From NCBI RefSeq assembly GCF_009914755.1, contig NC_060947.1: 64,000 bases of DNA. One strand, given 5' to 3'. This document shows, piece after piece, positions 44,401 through 61,600 of this stretch (position 1 is its first letter; every line of letters starts with the position of its first letter). The notes beneath the pieces were generated by a model. The model was not told the origin of the DNA, searched no databases, and was given only the letters and a program-made list of their open reading frames with translations. The translations under genes were made by a program, and so were the position numbers. The DNA is from the human T2T-CHM13v2.0 reference genome, Homo sapiens.

Positions 44401-45681
44401 GCCTTCTAACTGAGTGAAGCGTTTAACAATCTGGTAGTCTGGCATGTCAAGATGGTGGTTATAAGGTGAACAGCAAGTTCTTACATCTTGCCTTTCTTAC
44501 TACTAAATAAGGAACATGAAACGAGTTGCATAATAGATGCTTGTTTTAGCATATACCTAAATGTTGTGCAGTACCGTGGACCCATTGACAAGTGACTGAA
44601 ACCCTGCTAGCATGGACCGGGGCCCAGAAAAAGAGAAGCTTCCCTAATCCTGCACCTGTGGTCTCATGTGGAGTTCCCTGAGACCAGTTGACTAGAAAAT
44701 AAAAAACATCATGCCTGATTTTCATTTGTTACTTCAGAATATGCAGGCACCACATCTATTAGGTTTGTTACTAATGCAAAAGAAATTGTCCCCGATTCAG
44801 CAGCTTAAAATAACACAAATATATAAGCAGTTCTGTAGATCAGAAATCCATGCAGGCTGGATTGGTTTCTCTGCTTAGGATCTCACAAAATCAAAGTTAG
44901 GGTATCAACCAGGCTGCTGACTAACTAAGGACTCAGAGAGAACCTGTTTTCAAGCACATTTGGGTTACGGGCAGGTCTAACTTCTTAAAGTTGTGGAACT
45001 GAGGTAGCCGTATACTTGCGGTCTTGGCTGAGGCCACTCTAAGCTACCTGAGACCCCTCCATACCTACTTGGGTGCACCCCTCTATCTTCTAAGCAGTAA
45101 TGGTGCATCATGATTATGGTGGCTGAGATAAAGCTTATTTACGGGTTTGGCAACATGAACTTTCATTTACCAGGTCCATCTCACTACAGCCACTGCTCAC
45201 TATTCAATCTGACAGCAGCAGAGACCAACACTGAGTCCCCAATATGGCACCATGTCCCAGAGTGGTCAGTCAGCTTCCAGGTAGCACTGTGATTACTTGG
45301 GTCTGCTTCCACGATTGAAGGGGTATCACTTTGATCTTCCTCAAATAGACACTTATTCTGCATATGGATTTTCATTCCCACCCATGGAACTTCAAGGAAA
45401 TCGGTACTGTGGTATGAGGAAAGGCTGTATCCACCGTCGTGGTATTCCACACTGCACCAGTTTTAAACATCAAACTCACTTTACAGGCAATGAAGTATGG
45501 GAATGGGCTCATGCTAATGTACTTCACTAGTCTTGTGATGTTCTTCAACATCCTGAAATGGCTGGCTCAATAGAACATTGGAGGACCTTTTAAAGCCTGA
45601 GTTGTCATTGCAGCTTTGTGGCAGTGCCTTGTGGGGCTTGGCTGACAATCTAGAAAGTGGCAAAGCTGAATCCTAGCCTCA

Positions 45682-47777
<2,096 letters not shown>

Positions 47778-48389
47778 GTACCTGGCACAATTAATATTTG
47801 TTGAATAATTGAATGAATTAATTTTTTTAAAAAAAGCATAGAATGGGCTGGGTGCAGTGGCTCATGCCTCTAATCCTAGAACCTTGGGAGGCTGAGATGG
47901 GCAGATCACTTGAGGCCAGGTTTCGAGACCAGCCTGGACAACATGGCAAAACCCCATCTCCACTAAAAATACAAAAATTGCAGCGTGATGGCACCTGTGG
48001 TGCACCTGTAATCCCAGCTACTTCGAAGGCTGAAGCACAAGGATCGCTTGAACTGGGGTGAGGTCGAGGTGGCAGTGACTTGTGATCGTGTCACCGCACT
48101 CTAGCCTGGGCAACAGAGCAAGATTCTGTCTTTAAAAAAAATAAAAAGCATAGAACGTTCAAGTCCTATCTGGAAACAACAGCCTTACAGGGACTGCTAC
48201 TGCAGCTCCAAATTATTGTATCAGACCAATCCTATCTAGGAACTACCTTTATTATATATATTGGATATACCCCCCCACACACGCATACATATATATATAT
48301 GGGGGTGTATATATAATATGTGTAATGTGTATTATATGTATAATGGGAGATTAGAAAGTGTGTGTGTGCATGTATATATACCCCCTACC

Positions 48390-48430
<41 letters not shown>

Positions 48431-49078
48431 TAAAATCTCCCATTAGTTCTGCCTTTTCGTTGAAGGCTGATGATACAGATTTCAACATTGAGATCGGGTT
48501 CCCACCACACGAGGGGCTAAGGAAGAGTATGTGTGATATGTCTAGAGAGCTTCTTAGTCCTCCTGTGTTTTTCGATTAGAGTTAATGGAAAATCACAGCA
48601 ACCCCATCCAGGCAGGATATCTAATGGTTCAGACTCTTCCGTAATGAAGGTTTGAGTCATCCTGCCAGGCCAAGCATCATGACCAACTGACATGCTATCT
48701 CAGGGCAAAGGGAATGCGAAACGGGTAGCGAAAGAAGGTAGTTATAAACGCCAGCTACATCAGTGTGAGCTGCTGCAGAAACCACGACTGTAATAGTATT
48801 TACCTAATGGGTTAATAATATCTACCAGCACAGGTGGGAATACAAAATAACCAAAACACAAGTTATCCTTTCAAATAAAACGCTTTGGGAAAAAGAACAT
48901 CTTTTACTAACAGAAATTTCTTAGCCTCTGGAAGGCCAGTTGATTCGGTAACATATGCCAGGAGACTTCAGCAATATCCTGCTCCATTGTAGAAAACAGC
49001 AATCTGATCCTTTTCTCTCCTCAATCATTAACGAGATTATGCATTTGGGGTGTGATAATCCTCCAGGGACAAGTATTC

Positions 49079-49136
49079 TCAAATCATACGTTTCAGTTTC
49101 TTCTTAAGGTGCTTAACAAAGTCTCGTCTCATACAT
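49079..49136 (-). CDS. CT45A: CT45A copy D exon 5 coding part
   Basis: Matches 14578-14635. Confidence 0.94.
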
Positions 49137-52100
49137 CTGAAGAGAAAGAGACATGTCATTAACCAAAAGATAGCCAAAGAACCTATGCTGTAGGAAGCGC
49201 TGTGACAGATAGAAAGATGAAGTAACAGTCAGCATGGAAATAGAAATGTATCTGCATGGTAAGAGGCAGTCTAGCCGGCATAACAAATGCTGGCAAGGGT
49301 GTGGAGAAAAGGGAACCCTCATACACTGTTGGTGAGAACATAAATTACTACAACAACTATGAAGAACAGTTTGGAGGTTCCTCAAACAACTAAAAATGGA
49401 GCTATCATATGATCCAGCAATCCCACTGCTGGGTATATACCCAAGAGAAAGGAAGTCAGTGTACCGAAGAGATATCTGCACTCCCATGTTTCCTGCACCA
49501 CCATTCACAGTAGCCAAGATTTGGAAGCAACCTAAGTGTCCACTAACACGTGAATGGGTAAAGAAAATATGGTACATATACACCATAGAGTACTGTTTAG
49601 CCATAAAAAAAAGAATGAGATTCAGTCATTTGCAACAACACGGATAGAACCGAAGGTCCTTATGTTAAGTGAAATAAGCCAGGCACAGAAAGACAAACTT
49701 CACATGTTCTCACTTATTTTTGGGAGTAAAAGTGTAAAACAACTGAACTAATGGAGATAGAGAGTAGAATGACAGTTACCAGAGGCTACAAAGGTTAGTG
49801 GGGGTGGAGGGTGTGGGAAGTGGGGATGATTAATACGTAGAAGTATGGAATAAATAAGATGTCGTATTTCATAGCCCAACAGGGTGACTATAGTTGGTAA
49901 TAATTTAATTGCACATTTAAAAATAATGAAGAGTATAATTGTATTCTCTGTAACGCAAAGGATAAAAGCTTGAGGTGATAGAAACCCCACTTACCTTGAT
50001 GTGATTATTACACATTGTTGTCTGTATCACAATATCTCATATAGCCCAGAAATATATGCATCTGCTATGTGCCTACACAAATTTTTTAAAAAGAGGTAGT
50101 CTAGCAAATACAAAGAGTGTCAATTGAGGGACAATGCGCACCTCAGACTATGGTGAAAATGGAAGTCTCCATAGTCTTCGAAGAATGAGTTACACTCAGA
50201 TAACATTAGCCTAAGTAACTGTGGAGACAGCCATAACTGTGAGTGAGGACCAGGGTTTGAGAAACGCAAGGCAGGGGCTGTTCCCCAACGCTCACCCCCA
50301 GTGCTCTATTGAGCCCAAGTGCTTAAAGAAATTGGACAGTTCCTATTTCTACCCACCTTGCTGCTTCCTTGATGATGGATTCAAAAAATCGTTTCCTGAC
50401 TGCAGTAGGTCCTTGCACTCCTTCAAGCATTTCGAAGATTTTTTCATATTCTGAAGATGTTGAAAAAAAAAACTTCAGTATTATCAAATATAAAGAAGAA
50501 TAGAAGTGAATCTACACCTCAGCAATCATGCTTCAGAGGCTGAAATGTTTTAAATGCTTAAATCAAGATACCTGCACATACAAAACCTAAATAATAAAAA
50601 AGACACCTGCACATACATACGAATGTAACTCCTTTAACCATAACCAAGTAAGAAAAGAAAAAGAAAAAATGTACATGCTTTAGTCAAAGAAAAGAGGAAC
50701 CACCATAAATTATGTGCAATCTCAACTCTGGCAAAGAATGAAACTCAACAGGCAACATGAATATCTTCTGAATCATAGAAAGAGAGACTTCCTATAGTTT
50801 TATAAAACAGACATTCTTATACTACTTACTTTGTCCAACGCATCGGAGTTCCTTCACTAATTTACGTTTTATATCAGCATTAATTTCTTGTTGGCTTTTG
50901 GGAGAGGAGGCTGTTTCTCTGCATTCTAGGTCATCTCCAGAGAAACTGCTGGTAACGTTTCCTCCCACAGGTGCATTGCTACCAGGTTTCTGCATCATCC
51001 TATCTTTGCTGAAACCAGTGAAGTCATCAATCTGAGAATCCAATTGGCTGGGTGGAATAGCATGTCCTGTCATAAGCTCTGGTGAAACAGATTTTGAGTA
51101 AAAGCCATCAGTTGGTGTTTGACCACTTTCTTTCCCCTCCACATAGACCTCATGAATGACAGCTCTGGAAATCAAACTGAGAAGTTGAGCTGTGAGATAT
51201 GTGTGTTTCATCACCCCTCTGGGTACATCTATGTGCTCCTCAGTTTCTAGGGAATTATTTATTTCATAAATGGGAGGATACACCAGGGAGAAATCCCAGG
51301 CCTGACAAACGGAGGCCAGGACACATAATACAATAAAACCACCTCTTATTTTCTGGCCCTATGAATAGACATGGAAACCAAGTAAGGCAGTACAACTCTA
51401 AAGCAACATTCACAGATCCCTGGTACTCATGGGACAGTTTCAGCTTGTTATGCTTTACAAGTTGAAAGCAGCAAGTCTCACTTGATATCATGATTTCTCA
51501 AATTCACTTACAAACTGCCATGTTTTACTAAGCTGGAAGCCAGACAACTTGGACACACCTCAACCAGCCTCCTCTCTACATCAAACATATTCTGAGAAAA
51601 TAGAGGTGGCCATTACTGCTGAAAGTTCTATACGTACTCCATCAACAAAAAATCCCTTTTAGTGTATGATTTTCCTCATCCTTCCTTTCTGTCTCACAAA
51701 AGTGACTTTCTTTTCACTCCAGGTCTGACACCTCTCATTTATTCATCGTCTGTGGCAGGCAGCATGCCGGTAGCTGGGGATCAGCAGTAAACAGCCCAGA
51801 GAGCAACGTTCCCTGCCCTTGTGGAGCTCACATCCTCATGGGGCGGTCAGACAGTACGTGCACAATGAGCAAATGAAACATACAGTGTTGGGCTAGTGGT
51901 AAGGAAGCAGTCCACAGGCCTGTGGGCAACAGCAGCAGAGGGAGCCCCAGGAGCTGCTGCTGGTTGGGCAGAGCCTTCTGTGGAGGTACCCTTGGGCAGG
52001 GCTTGAAGGAAAAAGCAGAGCTGCCTGCGCAGAGGCAGAGGGGGAGTTCCAGGTTGCGGTGAGGCCAAGGATATGGGCTGGAGTGGGGATGGACCGGGCA

Positions 52101-53167
52101 CTACGGGGTGAAGGACAGTAGCAGAGAGAGTCAGGAGATGATGGGGCCCGTGTGAGGAGAGGGTGACGGAGGCCAGGCCACGCAGAACCTCGCAGACCAA
52201 AGCTGCTTCGCAGTCGGTTCTGAGTGCTTAGGAGTGTTGAGGATGGGTGTTCAGGAGCGACATGGCATCACGTGATTTACATGCCAACATCATGACCCGG
52301 CTGCAGGGTTGGAGGGTATGTGTTTGATGCGGGAAATAATGGGAAACATGGAGGTATCTCAGGAGCTCAGTGATTGATCGTGGCAGAGTGGAATAGAAGG
52401 AGAGAGAGAGATGCTGGGGTTCAGGAATTTTTTACAGTATTTAGAGAAGAGAAGAAAAAGAAATGTAGAAAAAAACAATGATGGGGTCGGGGGCGGTGGC
52501 TCGTGCGTGTAATCCCAGCACTTTGGGAGGCTGAGGTGGGTGGATCACCTGAGGGGGGGAGTTCCAGACCAGCCTGGCCGACATGGCGAAACCCCATCTC
52601 TACTAAACTTACAAAAATTAGCTGGGTGTGGTGGCTGGTGCTTGTAATCCCGCTACTCGGGAGGCTGCGGCAGAAGAATCACTTGAACCCAGGAGACGGA
52701 GATTTCAGTGAGCCGAGATCGCGCCACTGCACTCCAGCCTGGCTGAGAAGAGCGAAACTCCATCTCAAGAAAAAAATGATAGGGATTCACCAATACGGAC
52801 AAGAAATTAAAAAAAAAAAAAAGATTGTCGGAAATGGAAATCCTAGAAGGTTTTCATGAAGAAGCGAGTGAACAACTGTCAAATGCTGCTGAGAAGTTAA
52901 TGGCAATGTCAGCCGAAACTGTTAACCTTGACAAGGACAGTTTCTCTGGAGGGGATGAGGCAGGAGCATGAGGAGGACGTGAGGACAGGCTTACTTACTC
53001 TTTGCTTTGGACATGGCAGAGCCTGCAATAAGGCTGTCTCCTGCTCCTTGTTTCCTTGCCAACAGGGCCATCCTCTGCCTTTTCTGATACGAAGGACTGT
53101 CACATTCCCTGGGACGTTTAAACACAGTTTCAGGATCTACAGCCACCTTCTCTGTTTTATCGGTCAT
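49079..53167 (-). CDS. CT45A: CT45A family gene, copy D, complete 189 aa; join(52999-53167,50830-51078,50357-50450,49079-49136)
   Basis: Same splice sites and intact frame as copy B. Confidence 0.96.
50357..50450 (-). CDS. CT45A: CT45A copy D exon 4
   Basis: Matches 15856-15949. Confidence 0.94.
50830..51078 (-). CDS. CT45A: CT45A copy D exon 3
   Basis: Inside ORF 50822-51283. Confidence 0.95.
52999..53167 (-). CDS. CT45A: CT45A copy D exon 2
   Basis: ATG at 53167, donor at 52998. Confidence 0.94.
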
Positions 53168-55669
53168 TGTTTCCTGAAAAACATCAATGAATATATTCTA
53201 TTCATGACAAAAATCTAACAATCACAAAATGGCAAGCAATCTGCATATGTGTATACAACCAAGACTTTGAATCATTAATTTCACTTTTAATCATGAGCCA
53301 AGATTTACCAAGTCTCAACAAACACTCTGTTCTCAGGAAAAGAAACCTAATTTTAATGTACACAAAGTAAAACAGAAGAAAGATGGTATAACCAAATCAA
53401 TCAGAATGCTTGTGGAATAAGCAGCTGTCATCAACCAAAAATAGATAAAAATATTATTACCTATTTGAAGATGTATAAGCCAATCTGTATTAACCCTTAT
53501 TAGAAAAAATGGATGTATAAACCAATCTGTATTAACCCTTATTATACATTATATTTTAAATTATATATTATATATCATATATATTTAATATATAAGTATT
53601 TATGCTTATATATTCAAATAGATGTATAAACCAACGTGTATTAACCCTTATTAGGAACCCTTATTAGAAGATTGATACAAAACTGATAACAACATCTGAC
53701 AAGGAATTTAGAAGAATGAAAAACTACAAGATCAAGCCAAAAATACAAGCCAAGATCACCCCGAACTTAGACACAAAAATTCCAAACTAAGGGTGAGCAA
53801 ATAAAATGTACTAGTACTTAAAAAGGACATACATCAGCCATGGTGGAGTATATTGCAGAAAGGCAACACTGATTTAACATTTGAAAATCGACAAATGTAG
53901 TGCACCACATTAACAACAACAACAACAACAACAACAACAAAAACAGGGAAACACCGCATGATCATTTTCATACATGGATCAATGTTTAAAGTCCATTCGT
54001 GATAAAAACTATCACCAACTTAGGAAAAAGGGCAACTTTCCTATTCTGGTTAGCATATGTACAAAAAATTTTTAAATGCCATACTTCATAGTGACGTATC
54101 AGTATTTTCTCCCTGAGTTTGAACACAAGACAAAGATGTCCACTATCCATTCAACAATTTACTGGAGGTTCTAAAAAGTGCCATATCATCAGGAAAATAC
54201 AATAGGTTTAAAATTTGGAAAGAAATAAAACTGTCATTATTCACAGATGACATTGTTCTGTACATAGAAAAATGCAGAAGAATAAAATCATTACAGTTAA
54301 TAAGCAAATTTAGTCAACTTACTAGATACAATGAAAACCAATGGCATTTCTGTATAATGAATAGCAATTCTGTATAATGAATGGCATTATACAGAATGGC
54401 AATTCTGTATAACGAATAATTAGAATATGAGATTTCAAATGTCATTAAAAACAGTTCCAAAAACATCAAATATTTAGGAATAAATCTAATCAAGATGTGC
54501 TAGAGTACTTCACAAAAATTATAAAACATCACTCAGAGAAATTCAAGACTGCAGTAAATGGAGAAAAATATTCTTTCCATGCATTGGAAGACATTTTTTT
54601 TTTTTTTTGAGTCGGAGCCTCGCTCTGTCACCCAGGCTGCAGTGGAGTGGCACAGTCTCTGCTCACTGCAACCTCCACTTCCCAGGTTCAAGCAATTCTC
54701 CTGCCTCAGCCTCCTGAGTAGCTGCGATTACGGGCGCCTGCCACGACGCTGGATAAAGAAAATGTGGTACATATACACCACGGAATACTATGCAGCCATC
54801 AAAAAGAATGAGTTCATGTCCTTTGAAGGGACATGTGTCAGCAAGCTAACACAGGAACAGAAAACCAAACACCACGTGTCCTCACTCATAAGTGGGAGTT
54901 GAACAATGAGAACACATGGACGCGGGGAGAAGAACATCACACAGTGGGGCCTGTCAGGGGTTGGGGGGCTAGGGGAGGGATAGCATTAGAGAAATACCTA
55001 AGGTAGATGACGGGTCAATGGGTGCAGCAAACAACCATGGCATGTGTCTTCCTATGTAACAAACCTGCACGTTCTGCCCATGTATCCCGGAACTTAAAGT
55101 ATAATTTTAAGAAAAGGAATATTATCGTAATGGCATTGGGTGAGTCAAAGATGTTTCTTAAAATAATAAAAAGCACTATCCATAAATAATACACTAATTA
55201 ATAAAATTAAGAGAATCTGTTCATCTACAACACATTATTGAGATCGTGTAAAAGCAAAAAAGATTTATAGAAGATACTAAAATTGTATATGTATTTTTGT
55301 ATATGTACATATACGCCTGTGTGCCTGTGCGTATAACTCAAATACAGAATATATGGAAACTACAAATCCATTTTTAAAATACAAACATCTCAGTAAAAGC
55401 TGGGGGAAAATACCTGAAAAGGAACTTCATAAAAGGCATAGTTAAATGACCAATAAACACATAAAATGGTGCTAAAAAAAAAAAAAAGAAAACAATAAAT
55501 AGCTGGGTGTGGTGGCACTGCAATCCAGTCTGGGTGACAGAGGGAGACCTCATCTCAAAAGACAAACAAAAATCAATAAATAAAAACAATTTCTTAAAAA
55601 GGTGCTCGATCTCATTAATCAGCAGAGAAATGCGAGTGTAGACATAAGGAGAGATCACTGCACACCCAT

Positions 55670-57095
55670 CAGAGTGGCTGGAATGAAAGACTAACTGTAC
55701 TGCGAGTGTTCGAATGTGGCACAGCTGGAACCTTCGAATATTTCTGGACTCCCATTCCCACACAGACACCTGAGGCTGTGGCTGAAAGGTCAGATAGAAT
55801 CCCAGGAAAGAGCTCCTTCAGAATTGCGATCAACCAACCGAGGAAAAGCACCCCAACCTGGGTCGAGACAGAGTTCCCAAGGTCACGTGGCCTCCTTCAT
55901 GGCTGACACAGAGCTCCCTGAGTCCCACCATAGGCTTAGAGAATCCAAGGAACATTACCCCATTCCCCGGCGGCACCGGGAGAGAGCACCTACAGATAAT
56001 AATTTTAAAAACCCAGCACCAAGAGAAAGCATCCAGTAAGCGTCCACAACGGGGATAAGCAGAACCAAAGAAAAGCCAACACATTGTAACTGAGAGCGAG
56101 CAACATCCGAGGACAAATGCGCCTCACGGCCGACATCAGTACCCAAGGAAGAGTCCACCAGAGGTTGAGATAAAGCCCCCGACAGTGACCCCACAGGGCT
56201 ACGATCATGTGTCCGGGGCACAGCCACCCCCACCACGTTCCATGAGCACAGATAGTGTCCCCAGGGCAGAGTCCCCCCTCAGGACAGCGACTGAGCGGGA
56301 AAGAAACACCGCCGCACCCGAGGCCGACACAGGCAACCAAGGCATGGCCCCCACCCCCCGGGCTCAGGTCATTTCAGCAGGAAAAGTCGCCTTTTCCATC
56401 ACCGACAGGGAGCCCCCAAGAAGAGCCCCCAAGAAAAGCCCCCTGGCCCCACAACATAGCCGAGACGGGGTGCCCAAGGAAAACGCTCCCCCGCGGCTGA
56501 CACAGGCGCCCATGGCGGTGTCCCCAGAGCTAAGCCACTTCCCCAAGGGAGCCCTCCCACACACCGGACAGAGAACACCACAGAAAAGACTCTTTCTGAG
56601 GAAAAAGGACACTTTCCAGGGCGAAATTAAAGCATCCAGGGAAAAACTGCCCACTCACAGTCCTGAAGTCCTGACCTTGCTGGAGGAGAGACGGCGGCAC
56701 CTCACAAAATGGCAGTGAAGTTGTGGCGCCTCCCCACTGGTGGCACTTTCTAGAAACCTGCCCTCTGGGAGTTGTGGGAAATGTGCCCCCTAGGGCACCT
56801 GGGAGTGATGTGCATGGGGAGGCGTCTCACCAGAAGCACCGATCCCGTTTGGCCCAAGGGGGATGGGAGGAAGGGAAGTAGCCAGCCACAGCGTGCCTGC
56901 CCCAGCCGAACACTGGGAACCTGTTGGGGGCGCCAGAGTGCTGAGGAGAAGCCTCGTGCCCCAGAGAACCAGGAAGCGCAGCCCTCCCCTTCGCTGACTC
57001 TGGCGCCCTCTACAGGCGACCTTCAGTAACAACTGCACAGCAACGTATGCGGAGGAATGCAGAACCTTCTCACCCAGCGGGATGAAATCGCCTGG
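55670..57095 (-). promoter_or_regulatory. GC/CpG-rich promoter region, copy D
   Basis: Paralog of 3900-5330. Confidence 0.65.
56659..56815 (-). other. CT45A: CT45A copy D non-coding exon 1 (5' end approximate)
   Basis: ggact|gtgagt donor at 56658. Confidence 0.75.
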
Positions 57096-57450
57096 GTAAC
57101 ATAGTGAGACCCCGGCTCTACAAAGCAACCAACTAATCAAAAAAGAAAGAAAGAAAGAAAGAAACACACAAATTAGCTGGGCCTAGTGGCCTCGCACCTG
57201 TGGTCCCAACTACTCGGGAAGTTGAGGTGGGAGGATGGCTTGAACCCGGGAGGTGGAGGTAGCAGTGAGCCACTGCACTCCAGCCCAGGCGGTAGAGGAG
57301 ACCCCATCTCAGAAAAAAAAAAAAAAAGAAAGAAAGAAGGAAAAGAAAAGAAAAAGAAAAAGAACAACAACAAACTGCAATTTTCATTTGAGGGGGTTGT
57401 GTTTTAAAGTCAACCCCGACCCGCCACAGTGGCTCACGCCTGTAATCTCA

Positions 57451-57719
<269 letters not shown>

Positions 57720-58291
57720 TCAATCAATAAATAAAGTCAACCTCTATCTGTTAAAGGTAACCATTATTGTTAATTGATAAGAAAAATGAGGGCCCCAGTG
57801 CGGTCGCTCACGTCTGTAATCCCAGCAATTTGGGAGACCAAGAGGGGTGGATTCCTTGAGCCCAGGAGTTCAAGAGCAGCCTGGGCAGCATGGTGAAACC
57901 CCATCTTAACACAAAATACAAAAATTAGCTGAGCGTGTAACTGTGGTCCCAGCTGCTCGGGAGGCTTGACACCAGGAGGTTGAGGCTGCATTGACCTTTG
58001 TTCGCACCATTGCACTATAGCCTGGGTGACAGAGTAAGACTGTCTACAAAAAAAAAGAAAGAAAGAAAGAGAGAAAGAAAGAAAGAAAGAGAAAGAAAAA
58101 AGAAGGAAGGAAGGAAAGAAAGAACGAAAGAAAGAAAGGAAGGAAGAAAGGAAGGATGGAAGAAAGAAGGGAAGAAAGGAAGAAAGGAAGGATGGAAGAA
58201 AGAAGGGAAGAAAGGAAGAAAGAAAGAGAGAAAGAAAGAAAGGATGGAAGGAGGGGAAACCTTATTATATTGCATCTATTAATCATTTTAA

Positions 58292-58658
<367 letters not shown>

Positions 58659-61600
58659 TGAATTGTCCATAGTGGTAAAAAATATTACAGCGAAATTTTT
58701 CGAGTTTTAATGGAACAGGCAGTTTCACTATTGACACAATTATTTGGAAGGGATTACTTCACTGGTTTTGTAATTCAAAAGTTATGTTTGTAAAAAACTT
58801 AAAATTAAAATTAAAAAATATAGCCAGGCATGGTGGTGGGCACCTGTACTCCCTGCTACTAGGGCAGCAGAGGCAGGAGAATCACTTGAACCTGAGAGGT
58901 GCAAGCTTCAGTGAGCAGAGATCGCGTCACTGCACTCCAAAGGGGCAGAGATCCATTGTCACTGGGGGACAAAGGGAGAGTCCGTCTCAAAATAAATTAA
59001 TTAATTAAAATTAAAATTAAAAATTATGTTTGTTAAGTACCCTGTTAGAAGAGAGTCATATTCAGTATTACAGCTTCTTAGCCTATTGTGTTAATATTTG
59101 CCTGTGCTTCAGAACCTTCATAGAACACATTTTCTTTTGGAATATATTTGATTGATAGGAAAGCTTAAACATTGTTTTCACTTTGATGTAGGAACAGTTG
59201 TTTTGTTTGTTTCCTCTAGTGCTATCAAAATAAAATACTCATTTTTTGCATTAAAAAAATCCCACCAGAGCAGTACTCATAGGAGTATTTGATTGAATAA
59301 CCATGAGACTGGAATCTTGTTGGGGCTTAATTAGAATCCTGCCTACCACACAAGCCACAAGTGGACAGCTGCATACGACAGTCCTGACTGGGACAGCCCT
59401 GAAGGACAGTGATGAAGGGAAATCCTCCCAGAGGGAAGAACTTTGAGCAGTGCACCTTCTTGGAGGAGGCATATCCAGACGTGTAAGTATGTATCATGCA
59501 TAGGCTGTGTCCCACTCATTCGCTGAATTGTCAGGGACTTTGAGAACACACGATTAAAAATGTGCGACAAAGAAGTCTGAGAAAAAAAAAAATATGTGGA
59601 CAGGCCTGTCCAAACGGACATACAATGTGAAGATATTGGGGTCTCATGAGAGTTCTCAGCAAAGGGTATCCTCAGCAGAGCAGAATTTTAATAATCAGAT
59701 GGATAAGGTACTTATTATCTAGGTATTAATCAGCCTCTTTCCCTAACACGTGTGTCACAATCTTACCGGCTCAACAAACAAAGTGGTCAAACTGGCAGGG
59801 TTGGAGATTATGCGCAGTAGCATGGACCTCCACTCACCATGGCAAACCTGGCTACGGTCATTGCTGAGTGAAAAATCTTCCAGGAATGGAGACCAACACT
59901 AAGCCCCCAATTTGGCACCAGACTCCAGAATGATCTGCCAGCCACTAGTTGGTATGTGGATTACAATAGATCACTTCTAGTATAAAAAGAGAAGTGCTTT
60001 CTTCTTACCTGAACAGACATTTAGTCTAGATATGGATTTTCCTTCCCACTTGCAGTGCTTTTGAGAAAACCAATGTTTGTATCTCGGCTTCCAAAATTCT
60101 GGAAAGCGCTAGTTCCTCAAGTTCCTAGGGTTATTCATTCTGGAGACTCTAGTATACTCTGCAAGAAAACCTGTAGGCCATCCACCAAAATGCCCAAATG
60201 GAGTCACTCTTAAATAACGAGCCCTGCATGTTTCCAGAAACTCTAATTATCAGTGAAAAGTTTACTATGGCAGCGATTTCGCCACCCAGGGCAATTGGAG
60301 AATGGCAGATACTAGGGACCATTAACTCTGTGAAAGCTGTAGAAGACTGCAGTCAAGACAGTTACAGAACCAAAAGTGACAGTCTTCTATTTCCGATGTT
60401 TGTACAAAGAGGACATACAATTAATAAAGTGGTCGAGGAACAGGTTTCTGCTTTAATACCAAAAACTAACATAGAAACCTGTAAAGGTGTCCAAGTATAG
60501 TAATCCTTTTCCTGTGTATTTGGTTAAGATTTAAAACTGAAGCTTTCTTTGTTAGCTTTTTTAAAATTATAGATGCCAGAAGGGTACATGTACAGATTTC
60601 TCGCTTGGATATAATTGCACAGTGCCGGGGTTTGGGCTTCTAGTGAACTCATCACCCAAATAGTGAAGAGAGTATCCAATAGGTAGTTTTTCAACCCTCC
60701 GACCCGCTCCCTCCCTCCCCTCTACCTCCATTTTGGAGTCCCCAGAGTCAATGGTTTCTACCTTTATTTTCATGTGTACCCATTGTTTAGCTCCCACATA
60801 TGAATGAGAACACGCAGTATCTCATTTTCTGATTATCAGATTTTGCTTCTGCGTTTCACTTAAAAGTGAAGTTTTCACCGGACACAGTGGCTCACGCCTG
60901 TAATCCCAGGATTTGGGAGGCAGAAGCGGGTGGATCACTTGAGGTCAGGAGTTCCAGACGAGGCTGGCCAAAGTGGCGAAACCACATCTCTACCAAAAAT
61001 ACAAAAAATAGCTGGGGCCCTGCGCAGTGGCTCGCACTTGCACTTTGGGAGTCTGAGGTGGGCATATCACTTGAGGTCAGGAGTTTGAGACTAGCCTGGC
61101 CAACATGGTGAAACTCTGTCTCTACTAAGAAATACAAACAATTAGCCAGGTGTGATAATGCGTTTCTATAGTCCCAGCTACACAAGGAGGCTGAGGCAAG
61201 AGAACTGCTTGAACCCGGGAGGTGGAGGTTGCAGTGAGCCGAGATTGCACCATAAACTTAATCAAATTGTTGTTCCAACTGCAGCTGCTGTACTACAAGT
61301 GGTTTTGTTGTGTCAGCAACTGTGACATCCCTCGGAACCTGATATACAATACTGATTAGGTGAATGTTTGGCTTTCTTTCAGTAATTGTCGTAAACAAGA
61401 ATTTCAATTCAGCTAGAAAGGACAGCAATGTACTATCATTTCCTATTTCAAGCTTATATCAACTCTCTAGGTTTATATCCTAAACGAGTTCTTAGGGAAA
61501 ATGGCCACCTTTCTCTTAAACCAGATGTGACACCATTCTTTGCAGTGATGACATCATGCTGACTGAAAAGGAGGTAGCAACTAATCCAGACATGGTAGCA